From NCBI GenBank assembly GCA_965230295.1, contig OZ246001.1:3584001-3648000 (forward strand): a stretch of DNA of 64,000 bases. Direction: 5' to 3'. Shown here one piece after another: positions 1 to 10,012 of the stretch (positions within the stretch are counted from its first letter, which is position 1; each line of letters begins with the position of its first letter). Below the pieces are notes generated by a model, which worked only from the letters and a program-made list of their open reading frames with translations, ran no database searches and was not told the origin of the DNA. The stretch is from Marinicella sp. GTDB taxonomy: Bacteria; Pseudomonadota; Gammaproteobacteria; Xanthomonadales; Marinicellaceae. The position numbers and the translations under genes are program-made.

Positions 1-426
1 ATACACTTAAAAGCCATCTGTTTCCAATACATCGATTTGTTGCATGGCTTGCTTATGGCCGACTCAAAGGAGGCCAAGGTCGGTCGCCTATTCAAAACCC
101 TGTATCAAGTGGCCGGCAAACATTTCAAACACAAAGCACCAGAACTATGGTGTGACAATCAAGTTCTCGGCGGTTTGTATTCGACCGCCTGCTACATCAC
201 CGATTCCTGGCCCGGGCTCTTATTCCTGGCTGGTAAGTACCCCGAAAACACCCGACAGGCTTTGATCAGTAATGCCGAATTGGGCGGAGATAATGTCCAC
301 CGTGGCGCTGTTTTGGCCACGATCTTGTCGTTGATCAATGGGCAACGCCTCGATGACTGGTATGACCAACTCAAACTCAAGGGCGAAATTAATCACTGTT
401 TGAAGCAACTGGGAGTGCTGCAGTGA
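1..426 (+). CDS. ADP-ribosylglycohydrolase family protein (5' partial)
   Basis: Frame is open from base 1 to TGA 426; C-terminal NAELGGDNVHRGAVL matches the GGD(N/T) motif of ADP-ribosylglycohydrolases. Confidence 0.7.
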   Translation: MHLKAICFQYIDLLHGLLMADSKEAKVGRLFKTLYQVAGKHFKHKAPELWCDNQVLGGLYSTACYITDSWPGLLFLAGKYPENTRQALISNAELGGDNVHRGAVLATILSLINGQRLDDWYDQLKLKGEINHCLKQLGVLQ

Positions 427-1505
427 TCAAAAAGTTTTTTAAATGGTTTTCACTGTTTTTATTGATCCTTTCAGTGGGTGGCTTGGTGAGTGGATGTTGG
501 CGCTCAGCTAAATACCCCATTGTCAATAGACAGGCAGCACATCATGGTGAAGATGAATTCATCAGCCTGGCTCAACCGGCTGCAACACCTTTCCTTAATT
601 ACCTGCGGATGAGGCTCAAAGAAGGCATGATTGGTTCGGCTACAGACGCAGAAATTGCCAGTGTCCAAATGCCAGTTGACCTTGATTCAATCTACGCAAC
701 AGAATCACAACCAAAAATTACCTGGATAGGGCATGCCACTGCCCTGGTTCAGTATCAAGGTTTTAGTTTCTTAACAGACCCTCATTTGAGCGACCAAGCC
801 TCGCCATTACCGGCATTGGGTGCTGGTCCAAAGCGTGTGGTGCCACCCGCCTTGCGTGTTGATCAATTACCCAAGATTGATTTCGTGGTCATCTCTCACA
901 ACCACTATGACCATTTAGATGATTTCACCGTGAAAGCAATTGGAAATCAAACCCACTGGTATGTGCCATTGGGACTGAAAGCCTGGATGCTGAAAAGAAA
1001 TATTGACGAGGACAATGTGACTGAACTGGATTGGTGGGAAACTGACCAATTCAATGATCAGGTGAGTGTGATTGCCACACCATCGCAACATTGGTCAAAG
1101 CGCACACCATTTGATACCAATAAAACTTTGTGGGCCAGTTGGCACATCGACATCAACGGGTTTAAAACATGGTTTGCAGGAGACACGGGATACCACCAAA
1201 ATCGTTTTAAAAAAATAGGCAATCAATTGGGTCCGTATGACTTGGCTCTGATTCCAATCGGTGCTTATGGGCCGAGGTATTTTATGTTGCCACAGCATGT
1301 GGATCCTGAGCAAGCAGTACAAACCCACATAGATGTTAAGTCTGAATACTCCATCGGCATCCATTGGGGAACTTTTGAGCTCACCCATGAATCGTTTTTA
1401 GAACCACAGCAATTGTTGATTAAAGAGATGCAGAAGAGATCATTGTCCCATCCATTTATAACCTTGAAAATTGGCGAAACGCAAAGGCTTCAAATATTGA
1501 ATTGA
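423..1505 (+). CDS. MBL-fold metallo-hydrolase, NAPE-PLD/RomA-like
   Basis: TWIGHAT, LTDP, SHNHYDHLD, QHWS, FAGDTGY, LIPIGAY, IHWGTF motifs; N-terminal hydrophobic/lipoprotein-like leader; GTG start overlaps upstream stop. Confidence 0.88.
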   Translation: MIKKFFKWFSLFLLILSVGGLVSGCWRSAKYPIVNRQAAHHGEDEFISLAQPAATPFLNYLRMRLKEGMIGSATDAEIASVQMPVDLDSIYATESQPKITWIGHATALVQYQGFSFLTDPHLSDQASPLPALGAGPKRVVPPALRVDQLPKIDFVVISHNHYDHLDDFTVKAIGNQTHWYVPLGLKAWMLKRNIDEDNVTELDWWETDQFNDQVSVIATPSQHWSKRTPFDTNKTLWASWHIDINGFKTWFAGDTGYHQNRFKKIGNQLGPYDLALIPIGAYGPRYFMLPQHVDPEQAVQTHIDVKSEYSIGIHWGTFELTHESFLEPQQLLIKEMQKRSLSHPFITLKIGETQRLQILN

Positions 1506-1523
1506 TGATGTGGGTGGATTGAC

Positions 1524-1796
1524 TCAGCCTCCCCTGAGTTTTTTGTCGTAAGTTTTGTTGGACTTACTCAGGTCTTCGTCAGTGGGTAAAGGTTGGCCTG
1601 TATAAGCATGAAGGAAGGCTTCGCACAGTAATTCACTGTTGGTGGCATGTTTGAGGTTTGAAACTTGTCTTCTGGTGCGTTCATCGGTCAAGATTTTTAA
1701 AACATCAAATGGTATGGATACTGTGATTTTCTTAATTTTTTCACTCTTTTTTCCATGTTTCACATAAGGGTTGATGTATTTGCCATTCCAAGCCAT
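1524..1796 (-). CDS. metJ: Methionine repressor MetJ
   Basis: [13 protein letters not shown]...KKITVSIP...[37 protein letters not shown] closely follows the MetJ sequence. Confidence 0.96.
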   Translation of the reverse strand: MAWNGKYINPYVKHGKKSEKIKKITVSIPFDVLKILTDERTRRQVSNLKHATNSELLCEAFLHAYTGQPLPTDEDLSKSNKTYDKKLRGG

Positions 1797-1798
1797 AT

Positions 1799-1814
1799 AA
1801 ACGTCTAGATAGAT
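1799..1814. promoter_or_regulatory. Met box (one strong, one weak) directly upstream of the metJ start
   Basis: AAACGTCT 1799-1806 is 7/8 to AGACGTCT; the adjacent 8-mer AGATAGAT is 4/8. Confidence 0.5.
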
Positions 1815-1854
1815 AAAGCATTTATTTTAGCATGAAAGCCCTTGAAATCAATGG

Positions 1855-2163
1855 TCACTTCTTTTGATAGGACAAGAAAAACCCTTCTAAATCACCATTT
1901 TCTGTATACACATTGATTGCAATCAATTCATAGCCATAGACCGCAAATTCTTGATGAATTTTAGTCATTTTTTTGGCCGCCAGATTTTTTCTGGTCAACT
2001 TGTTGATGTCCATAAAAACGGTCACTGCAGACAATGATTTTTCAGCAGCTTCTTGGGCGTCAGTTTTGGCAGAAACGGGATTCATCACTATCAAGAGCAT
2101 AAGAAAAATAAGAACTTTGGACCCAATCATAAAGTCTCCTGGTTTAATTTTGAATACAGCCAT
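1855..2163 (-). CDS. Small exported hypothetical protein
   Basis: Hydrophobic signal-like stretch KVLIFLMLLIVMNPVSA; true start probably the internal Met (MIGSK). Confidence 0.6.
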   Translation of the reverse strand: MAVFKIKPGDFMIGSKVLIFLMLLIVMNPVSAKTDAQEAAEKSLSAVTVFMDINKLTRKNLAAKKMTKIHQEFAVYGYELIAINVYTENGDLEGFFLSYQKK

Positions 2164-2220
2164 TGTATTTACTTCATGGGGTTGAATACAATAGTGCGGT
2201 TTAATTAATCTGGATATAGA

Positions 2221-3225
2221 ATGAGTACGGTATTAACAGGAATTACCACCACTGGCACACCCCATTTAGGCAACTATGTTGGTGCCATCAAGCCAGCCAT
2301 CAAGAGAAGTCGGGATGAAGCCATGAAAAGTTATTTTTTTCTGGCAGATCACCACGCCATGATCAAATGCTGGGAACCAGAACGGATTGCTCAATCTACC
2401 AAGGAGATTGCTGCCACTTGGTTGGCTTTGGGACTGGACACAGATAAAACATTTTTTTACCGTCAATCTGATATTCCAGAGATACCCGAACTGACCTGGC
2501 TGTTGACATGTATGACTGCCAAAGGTCTGATGAACCGTTCACATGCATACAAGGCACAAGTTGCGGAAAACACAGAGAAAGGGGAGGACGATCCTGACAA
2601 GGGCATTACTATGGGGCTGTTCAGTTATCCAGTGTTGATGTCTGCTGACATTTTGATGTTCAACGCCACAGAAGTACCTGTGGGTAAAGACCAAACCCAA
2701 CACTTGGAAATGGCCAGGGACATTGGGGCCAGGTTCAATCACCATTTTGGTGATCATTTTGTCATGCCAAAAACGGTGGTGGATGACAACGTGGCCGTGT
2801 TGCCCGGCTTGGATGGTCGTAAGATGAGTAAATCGTACAACAACACCATTCCTTTGTGGTTGCCTGAGAAGAAACTGAGAAAGCACATCATGAAAATCAA
2901 AACCAACTCATTAGAGCCAGGTGAACCCAAAGATCCCAATGATTCATTTGTGTTTGACATCTACAAGGCCTTCGCAAATGAACAGCAGCTTAACGAAATG
3001 AAACAAGAATTTGAGAACGGCATCGCATGGGGCGCAGCCAAGCAGGTGCTTTTTGAGATGATCAACACAGAATTACAAGATGCTCGAGAAAAATACAATG
3101 AGCTGATGAACAACCCAGATATAATAGAAAGTGAATTACAAAAAGGAGCGGTCAAAGCCCGAGCCTATGCCACACCATTTTTGGCAAAACTAAAGGAGGC
3201 AGTGGGCATCAGACCGATCAAGTAA
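2221..3225 (+). CDS. trpS: Tryptophanyl-tRNA synthetase
   Basis: [14 protein letters not shown] (HIGH-like), [22 protein letters not shown]. Confidence 0.96.
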   Translation: MSTVLTGITTTGTPHLGNYVGAIKPAIKRSRDEAMKSYFFLADHHAMIKCWEPERIAQSTKEIAATWLALGLDTDKTFFYRQSDIPEIPELTWLLTCMTAKGLMNRSHAYKAQVAENTEKGEDDPDKGITMGLFSYPVLMSADILMFNATEVPVGKDQTQHLEMARDIGARFNHHFGDHFVMPKTVVDDNVAVLPGLDGRKMSKSYNNTIPLWLPEKKLRKHIMKIKTNSLEPGEPKDPNDSFVFDIYKAFANEQQLNEMKQEFENGIAWGAAKQVLFEMINTELQDAREKYNELMNNPDIIESELQKGAVKARAYATPFLAKLKEAVGIRPIK

Positions 3226-3246
3226 ACTCAACAACGTGTGAGGTGA

Positions 3247-4227
3247 ATGATGGTTGATTTTAAATTTGGGCAGGTGATGTCCACCTTGTGGAAAACCAAG
3301 GAGTTTGTTTTGTTTCGGTTCTTGATATATATGGGAATTACCCTGGCTTATATCATTGGTACCGGAACCGGTGGTGGCATAGGTTATCTCATTGGCAGTG
3401 TCGGTGATGGTAAAGAAGGTGGCTTGTTCTATGGCATGGTAGGTGGATTTACTCTGGTCAGTGGCGTGCTATATTACGTCAGGGAGTATTTACTTTATCT
3501 GGTGAAAGCAGGGCACATCGCGGTGATCGTAAAACACCTGGATGGTGAGCCGATGCCAGAAGGGAAAGGCCAGGTCAAATATGCCCAGGAAGTGGTTAAA
3601 GAGCGCTTCAAGGAATCATCGGTGCTGTTTGGGGTTGATCAATTGATCAAAGGTGTACTGAAAACTTTCAACCGCATATTTTCCGGTGTGATGTCATTCA
3701 TTCCAGTATTACCACAAGGTATCGTGAACTTTGTCAATGCCGTGATTAATATGTCGTTGACATATGTTGATGAAGTCATATTGGCCTATTACATCAGAAA
3801 CAATTCAGAAAACCCGTGGGAAGATTCACGAAAAGCACTGGTGTTGTACGCGCAGAACTACAAAACGTTTTTGAAAAATGCATTGTTTTTGACCATCATC
3901 ACATGGGTGTTGTCCTTATTGGTGCTGATTATGGTGTTCGCACCGCTGGCCGGTCTTTTGGGGTTGATCGGTTATGATGGCAATGTGTGGGTGTTGGTAC
4001 TGGCTATCGTGACAGCGTGGGGTATCAAAGCAGCACTGATAGATCCGATTGCCATGACTGCTTTGATGCAGGTGTTTTTTAAAGTGACTGAAGGCCAGGA
4101 ACCCAATCCGGAATGGGAGGCCAAATTGGAACGTGGATCGAAAAAGTTCGTTGCGTTAAAAGACAAAGCTTTGGGATGGGCCAAGTCCAAGATGGGTGGC
4201 AATAAGTCACCTCAAATCGATCAATAA
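3247..4227 (+). CDS. Hypothetical integral membrane protein
   Basis: 326-aa ORF with several hydrophobic helices; SD GAGGTG upstream; no recognised family. Confidence 0.7.
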   Translation: MMVDFKFGQVMSTLWKTKEFVLFRFLIYMGITLAYIIGTGTGGGIGYLIGSVGDGKEGGLFYGMVGGFTLVSGVLYYVREYLLYLVKAGHIAVIVKHLDGEPMPEGKGQVKYAQEVVKERFKESSVLFGVDQLIKGVLKTFNRIFSGVMSFIPVLPQGIVNFVNAVINMSLTYVDEVILAYYIRNNSENPWEDSRKALVLYAQNYKTFLKNALFLTIITWVLSLLVLIMVFAPLAGLLGLIGYDGNVWVLVLAIVTAWGIKAALIDPIAMTALMQVFFKVTEGQEPNPEWEAKLERGSKKFVALKDKALGWAKSKMGGNKSPQIDQ

Positions 4228-4235
4228 TAATTGGA

Positions 4236-4263
4236 ACCGCGCTTGCAAAAACACAAGCGCGGT
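4236..4263. other. Perfect 10-bp inverted repeat (intergenic hairpin)
   Basis: ACCGCGCTTG-caaaaaca-CAAGCGCGGT. Confidence 0.5.
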
Positions 4264-4272
4264 ATAGATATT

Positions 4273-4581
4273 TTGCAAGCATTTACCCTGAAAATCATAC
4301 AAGTGATAGACCAAATACCACATGGCAAGGTGGCAACATATGGTCAAGTGGCAGCCATGGCGGGGAACCACCGTGCAGCCAGACAAGTTTCCAGGGTCTT
4401 ACACACATGTAGCAGCAAATATCAATTACCCTGGCATCGTGTCATTGGTGCTGCAGGTAAAATTTCCATCCCCAAAGATCACCCGGGATATTTCAGACAA
4501 AAGAAAAAACTCGAATCAGAAGGCATAGAATTTGGTCTGGGTGATACAATAGACCTCTCTCAATTTCAATGGCAAGGCTAA
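4273..4581 (+). CDS. Alkyltransferase-like protein (ATL/YbaZ, MGMT family)
   Basis: IPHGKVATYGQVA, ARQV and PWHRV (Trp replaces the catalytic Cys, as in ATL). Start moved to TTG 4273 because 4236-4263 is a perfect 10-bp hairpin; ORF-track start is 4231. Confidence 0.85.
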   Translation: MQAFTLKIIQVIDQIPHGKVATYGQVAAMAGNHRAARQVSRVLHTCSSKYQLPWHRVIGAAGKISIPKDHPGYFRQKKKLESEGIEFGLGDTIDLSQFQWQG

Positions 4582-4600
4582 GCCGTCACAATAAATCTCA

Positions 4601-5905
4601 ATGATCAAAACGTCTGAATTCATCAAACGTCGCAAACAACTCATGAAAATAGCCGGTCAAAACTCGATTACATTGTTGAGTAGTCGACCAGAACTCATTC
4701 GCAACGGTGATGTATACCATGGTTATCGACAGGACAGTGATTTTTATTATTTATCTGGATTCAATGAACCGGACGCTGTTTTGGTGTTGCTGCCCAGTCG
4801 AAAAGGCATGGAACAAATTTTATTCTGTCGGGAAGCAGATCCCCAAAAAATTAAATGGGATGGACCCATGACAGGAACTCAAGGAGCCGTGGATGATTAT
4901 GGCTTTGATGCAGCTTATGACATCAAAGAAATAGATCGTCGCATGCCTGCATTGATTGAAGGTTGTGAAAAAGTTTGTTTTAAAATCGGTGAGAACAATG
5001 AATTTGATCAAAAATTAACCCATTGGGTTAAATCGATTGAAACACGAAAAGGGCAAAAATCAAAAGCACCTGAAGAGTTCATGTCGATCAGCCATGTGAT
5101 ACATGACATGCGATTATATAAGAGTCATGCTGAAATCAGGTGTATGAAAAAATCAGCAGAAATTGCTGCTGCAGCCCATGTTCGAATGATGCAAGCCTGC
5201 CAACCTGGAAAATATGAGTACGACTTACAAGCAGAATACGCACACCACTTAATTCAGAATCAATCTCACAGCAGCTATCCACCCATCATTGGTGCTGGCG
5301 AGAATGGCAACATTTTGCATTACATAAAAAATGATCAGCTACTGAATGATGGTGAATTGGTGTTGATCGATGCGGGTGCAGAATATGATTTTTATGCGTC
5401 AGACATCAGCCGGACTTTTCCAGTAAACGGGCGTTTTTCTGCTAGGCAGAAGGATCTTTACGAAGTGGTTCTGCAAGCCCAAACAGAAGCCATAGGTGCG
5501 GTGAAAGTAGGGCAACACTGGAATGATTTTCATGATGTGGCTGTTAAGATCATCAGCCAGGGTTTGTTGGACCTTAAAATCATTAAAGGCACTTTGGATG
5601 AAGTGTTGGAAGAAAAAATCTATTCTAATTATTACATGCATATGACCGGTCATTGGCTAGGCTTGGATGTGCATGATTGCGGTGATTATCGAGTGGACGA
5701 TTTATGGGTTGAGTTGGAAGAAAACATGGTTTTGACCATCGAACCAGGACTCTACATCAGTGAACATTCAAATGCACCTAAAAAGTGGCGTGGTATAGGC
5801 ATTCGGATTGAAGACGACATTCAAGTCACCAAAAAAGGGCCGGTGGTGTTGAGTAAAAACGCACCCAAAGGCATCAAAGAAATTGAACAACTGATGAGAG
5901 GATAA
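4601..5905 (+). CDS. pepP: Xaa-Pro aminopeptidase P
   Basis: YRQDSDFYYLSG, LHY, LIDAGAE, ASDISRTFP, GHWLGLDVHD, TIEPGLY, GIRIEDD. Confidence 0.93.
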   Translation: MIKTSEFIKRRKQLMKIAGQNSITLLSSRPELIRNGDVYHGYRQDSDFYYLSGFNEPDAVLVLLPSRKGMEQILFCREADPQKIKWDGPMTGTQGAVDDYGFDAAYDIKEIDRRMPALIEGCEKVCFKIGENNEFDQKLTHWVKSIETRKGQKSKAPEEFMSISHVIHDMRLYKSHAEIRCMKKSAEIAAAAHVRMMQACQPGKYEYDLQAEYAHHLIQNQSHSSYPPIIGAGENGNILHYIKNDQLLNDGELVLIDAGAEYDFYASDISRTFPVNGRFSARQKDLYEVVLQAQTEAIGAVKVGQHWNDFHDVAVKIISQGLLDLKIIKGTLDEVLEEKIYSNYYMHMTGHWLGLDVHDCGDYRVDDLWVELEENMVLTIEPGLYISEHSNAPKKWRGIGIRIEDDIQVTKKGPVVLSKNAPKGIKEIEQLMRG

Positions 5906-5906
5906 T

Positions 5907-7163
5907 ATGAAATATACTGTTGTTTTTTTACTGTTAATAACAACTTTGGCAGAAGCCAAAAACATTCACTGCGGGAACTTATTCGACGCTGTATCTGGGC
6001 ATATGCTTAAGAATCAAGTGGTTTCCATGGAAGGCAATCGCTTTGTTGCCGTAGAGGCTTTTGACAATCAATCGATTGACATCGACTACAGCAACCAATA
6101 TTGCTTGCCCGGCTTGATGGATATGCACACGCATTTGACTTTTGAGCACAGTGCCACACGATACATTGAGAAATACCAACTGAATGAAGCTGATGTGACT
6201 CTGAACGCTGTTGTGTTTGCCCAACGAACATTGGATGCAGGCTTTACCACCGTCAGAGATGTGGGCGATGCATTCAATGTGTCTGTGGCTTTAAAAAAAG
6301 CCATCGCTCAAGGCAAAGTTCCTGGCCCAAGAATTTTTACGGCAGCCAAATCTCTGGCCACAACTGGCGGTCATGCTGATCCCAGCAATGGTTATCGTGA
6401 TGGCTTGTTTCCACATACCACACCAGATCATGGTGTAGTCAATGGTGCTGCAGATGCCATGCGAGCGGTGAGACAACGTTATCAAGATGGTGCAGATTTA
6501 ATCAAAATCACTGCCACTGGCGGTGTGTTGAGCCAAGCTTCCAGCGGTGACAATGCCCAGTTCAATGATGAAGAATTGACTGCATTGGTTGCAACGGCTC
6601 AAGATTATGGTTTTAAAGTGGCTGCTCATGCGCATGGTAAAGCAGGTATGAAAAGGGCGATTGAGGCCGGTGTGGCAAGTATTGAACATGGCACTTATCT
6701 TGATGATGAAATCATTGAATTAATGAAAAAACATGGCACATTTTTAGTCCCCACTTTAATTGCTGGAGATTGGGTGACTGAAAAGTCAAAAATTGATGGT
6801 TTTTTCCCAGATGTGATAGCAAAAAAAGCGGCAACCATTGGCCCAGTCATTGCTGGCTCTTATAACCGTGCTTTGAAAGCTGGGGTGAAGATAGCATTAG
6901 GAACTGACAGCGGTGTTTCAGAACACGGCAGAAATGGTGAAGAGTTTGCACTGATGGTGAAACATGGAATGACGCCAGCTCAAGCATTGCAAGCAGGGAC
7001 CATCCATGCGGCTGAACTATTGGGACAATCATCACAGTTGGGACAGGTGAAACCAGGTTATTATGCTGATATGGTGGTGGTTGATATTAACCCATTGGAG
7101 GACATCAACATCATGACTGCAGTGAAAGTGGTCATCAAAGATGGTAGGATTGTTAAGCACTGA
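5907..7163 (+). CDS. Secreted amidohydrolase (Xaa-Pro dipeptidase-like)
   Basis: Signal peptide; PGLMDMHTH, GFTTVRD, GGHAD, IKITATGGV, AAHAHG, SIEHG, GTDSG. Confidence 0.88.
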   Translation: MKYTVVFLLLITTLAEAKNIHCGNLFDAVSGHMLKNQVVSMEGNRFVAVEAFDNQSIDIDYSNQYCLPGLMDMHTHLTFEHSATRYIEKYQLNEADVTLNAVVFAQRTLDAGFTTVRDVGDAFNVSVALKKAIAQGKVPGPRIFTAAKSLATTGGHADPSNGYRDGLFPHTTPDHGVVNGAADAMRAVRQRYQDGADLIKITATGGVLSQASSGDNAQFNDEELTALVATAQDYGFKVAAHAHGKAGMKRAIEAGVASIEHGTYLDDEIIELMKKHGTFLVPTLIAGDWVTEKSKIDGFFPDVIAKKAATIGPVIAGSYNRALKAGVKIALGTDSGVSEHGRNGEEFALMVKHGMTPAQALQAGTIHAAELLGQSSQLGQVKPGYYADMVVVDINPLEDINIMTAVKVVIKDGRIVKH

Positions 7164-7204
7164 TTATTCACCCACAATCATTTGACCGATAAAAAGAGAC
7201 AGTC

Positions 7205-8533
7205 ATGAATATAAAAAACATCATTTTCATCATCACTGCATTGATCTGGCTGCCTGTACAAGCTTGTCAAACACCAGCGAGATCTGCCATCATTGGTAAA
7301 AAATACCCCGATGTGGATTTCGCTAAAATGATGCATCAGGCTCACAACCAACCCTACAAAGGCTATGAATTTAAAAGCAACCAACCTTGCACAGGTGGTA
7401 TGGCTGATATATTTTCATGTAACAATATCGATTTAAAGGGGCATCTGGATTTGGCGACTTTAGGTGGTGGCCAAGGTTCTGATTCATGGGGTTGGAAACA
7501 TGAACCCAGTAATCGATACTTTGCATTGGTGGGTAGGTCAACAGGAACCTCATTTGTCGAAATTACCGATCCTGGTAATCCGGTCTTTTTAGGTATTTTG
7601 CCCAGTGAGTTCGAAAGCAGTACTTGGAGAGACATCAAAACTTATCAAGATCATGCCTTCATTGTGGCTGATAACATTGGTGACCACGGTATGCAGGTTT
7701 TTGATCTGACTAAATTGTTAACTGTTTCCAATAAACCTGCCACTTTTACTGCAGACCATGTCTATCGAGGTGGTTCATTCCAGGAGGCCCATAACATCAT
7801 CATCAACCCCGAAAGTGGTTATGCTTATTTGGTTGGTGGCAACACTTGTAGTGGAGGTTTGCACATGGTCAACATCAGTTCACCGTTGTCACCTTCTTAT
7901 GCGGGTTGTTTTGCTAATGACGGATACACCCACGATGCCCAGTGCTTAAACTATGATGGTCCTGATCCTGACTACCAAGGCAGAGAGCTGTGTTTTGCCA
8001 GTAATGAAGATACGGTGACAGTGATTGACGTGACCGTAAAGAACAACCCCACTCAAATTGCCCGAACAGGATATACTGGCAGTCAGTACACTCATCAGGG
8101 CTGGTTAAGCAAAGACCAACGATTCTTTTTGATCGACGATGAACTGGATGAACAGTTTAATGGCGTGAACACCCGAACCATGGTCATGGACTATAAAGAC
8201 ATCGACCAACCCGTGTATAAAGGGTACCATGAGTCTGATGGCTCATCTATAGATCACAACCAATACATCATTGAAGACCACACATATCAAGCCAACTATT
8301 CAAGGGGGTTGCGGATTCTGGAACTGGGAAATTTGAAGCAACCGGAAATGAAAGAAGTGGCCTATTTTGATACCTATCCTGAAGGCGACGGAACCGGCTT
8401 TCCAGGTGCATGGAATGTCTATCCGTTCTTTGATAATGGCATAGTGATCGTTTCTGACATCAACAGAGGGGTGTTTATCCTTGAGCCTAATTTACCAGAA
8501 GTTGATTTGATTTATTACGATGGAGTAGATTAA
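7205..8533 (+). CDS. Choice-of-anchor B family secreted protein (LVIVD-like repeats)
   Basis: Signal peptide; SDSWGW, STWRDIKTY, HGMQVFDL, AHNI, YTHDAQC, YTHQGW, DDELDE, GAWNVYPFF; C-terminal DLIYYDGVD. Confidence 0.82.
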   Translation: MNIKNIIFIITALIWLPVQACQTPARSAIIGKKYPDVDFAKMMHQAHNQPYKGYEFKSNQPCTGGMADIFSCNNIDLKGHLDLATLGGGQGSDSWGWKHEPSNRYFALVGRSTGTSFVEITDPGNPVFLGILPSEFESSTWRDIKTYQDHAFIVADNIGDHGMQVFDLTKLLTVSNKPATFTADHVYRGGSFQEAHNIIINPESGYAYLVGGNTCSGGLHMVNISSPLSPSYAGCFANDGYTHDAQCLNYDGPDPDYQGRELCFASNEDTVTVIDVTVKNNPTQIARTGYTGSQYTHQGWLSKDQRFFLIDDELDEQFNGVNTRTMVMDYKDIDQPVYKGYHESDGSSIDHNQYIIEDHTYQANYSRGLRILELGNLKQPEMKEVAYFDTYPEGDGTGFPGAWNVYPFFDNGIVIVSDINRGVFILEPNLPEVDLIYYDGVD

Positions 8534-8559
8534 AAGTTTTTTGAAATCAGAACCAGTCC

Positions 8560-10005
8560 CTAAGTTCCACAAAACGTTTGGTAGTTTAAATCACCATCTG
8601 CCGCAGCATCCTGATATCTATGCGTGCTGTCCAGTACCTCATAAGGAGATCTCAAGACAGTCATAAAATCGTTCACAGCGTCTGGAGTTAAACGGCTTTC
8701 AGTTTCCGACAACACACGTTCAACATGGTGGTTGCGTGGTATCACTACAGGATTATTATTTCGCATTAAATCGAATGCTTCTTGATCAGTGATGGCATGA
8801 TCATTCAAATGTTTAGACCATTGTTCCATCCATGACTGATGGGGCACCAAATTTGATTTGGTTTTTTGAATAGACCTGAATTCAGTAAGTTCATAGAATG
8901 TTTGGGTGTAATCCAATTGATGTTTTTGCATCAAGTCCAACAAGGCCTTTATCAATGACTCTGGTGGTGTTAGATCTGGACGGATGCCAATCTTAGCTGC
9001 CATCATGCGATTAAATGCAGCCATGTATTGATCGCCAAACCCCTCTAACAAGGGCATGACTTTATTGACCGCCAGTTTTTCATCTGCGTCAATTAGCGGT
9101 AACAAACATTCGGCAAATCTCGCCAGGTTCCACTGTGTGATCCATGGCTGGTTACCAAAAGCATAACGACCCTGGTGATCTATTGAGCTGTATACTGTGT
9201 GTGTATCATAAATACCGAGCATGGCACAAGGACCGTAATCTATGGTTTCTCCAGACAGCAGGCTGTTGTCGGTATTCATGACGCCATGTATAAACCCAAC
9301 ACGCATCCACTCAACCACTAAATTAATTTGTTTTTCAATGACATTCGCCAGTAAATTGAAGTATTTTGTCTCATCATCTATATCGGTGGCAGGGAAATGT
9401 CTTTCTATGGCAAAATCTGCCAAACGTTTGACCTCTGTAGGCATGTTCCGGGCTGCGAAATGTTCAAAAGTACCAATGCGTAAGTGCGACTGAGCAACAC
9501 GAGTCACCACAGCGCCAGTGGTTTGGGTTTGTCGAGCCAGAGGTTCGCCTGTAGTCACCACTGCCAGGGTTCGGGTGGTTGGAACCTGTAGGGCAAACAT
9601 CGCTTCAGACATGATGTATTCTCTGACGGCTGGTTGGATGCCACATTTTCCATCGCCATTTCTGGAGAAGGGTGTTCTGCCAGAACCCTTGAGATGTAAT
9701 TCCTTAACCTGACCACTCCTGTCGATGAGTTCTCCCAACAAATGAGCCCTGCCGTCTCCTAACTGAGGATTGAATTGCCCGAATTGATGGCCAGAATAGG
9801 CCATTGCAACAGGGAGTGAACCATGAATGATTTGTTGGCCGGAAAAATAGTTGGCTTTGTGGTTTTCACCGACATCAATTCCAAGGTCATTGGCCAGTGA
9901 GTTGTTCCACAATAAAATTTGTGCATTGGGTACTTTCTCAGGTACAGCCGGTTGACTGAATTGTTTCCCCAGGTCGGCATACTGATGTGTGAGGCTAAAA
10001 GTCAT
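8560..10005 (-). CDS. selO: Protein adenylyltransferase SelO/YdiU
   Basis: YSGHQFG..LGDGRA, LKGSGRTPFSR.GDG, REY, GFIHGVMNTDN, TIDYGPC, C-terminal TFCGT. Confidence 0.93.
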   Translation of the reverse strand: MTFSLTHQYADLGKQFSQPAVPEKVPNAQILLWNNSLANDLGIDVGENHKANYFSGQQIIHGSLPVAMAYSGHQFGQFNPQLGDGRAHLLGELIDRSGQVKELHLKGSGRTPFSRNGDGKCGIQPAVREYIMSEAMFALQVPTTRTLAVVTTGEPLARQTQTTGAVVTRVAQSHLRIGTFEHFAARNMPTEVKRLADFAIERHFPATDIDDETKYFNLLANVIEKQINLVVEWMRVGFIHGVMNTDNSLLSGETIDYGPCAMLGIYDTHTVYSSIDHQGRYAFGNQPWITQWNLARFAECLLPLIDADEKLAVNKVMPLLEGFGDQYMAAFNRMMAAKIGIRPDLTPPESLIKALLDLMQKHQLDYTQTFYELTEFRSIQKTKSNLVPHQSWMEQWSKHLNDHAITDQEAFDLMRNNNPVVIPRNHHVERVLSETESRLTPDAVNDFMTVLRSPYEVLDSTHRYQDAAADGDLNYQTFCGT

Positions 10006-10012
10006 GGATGGT

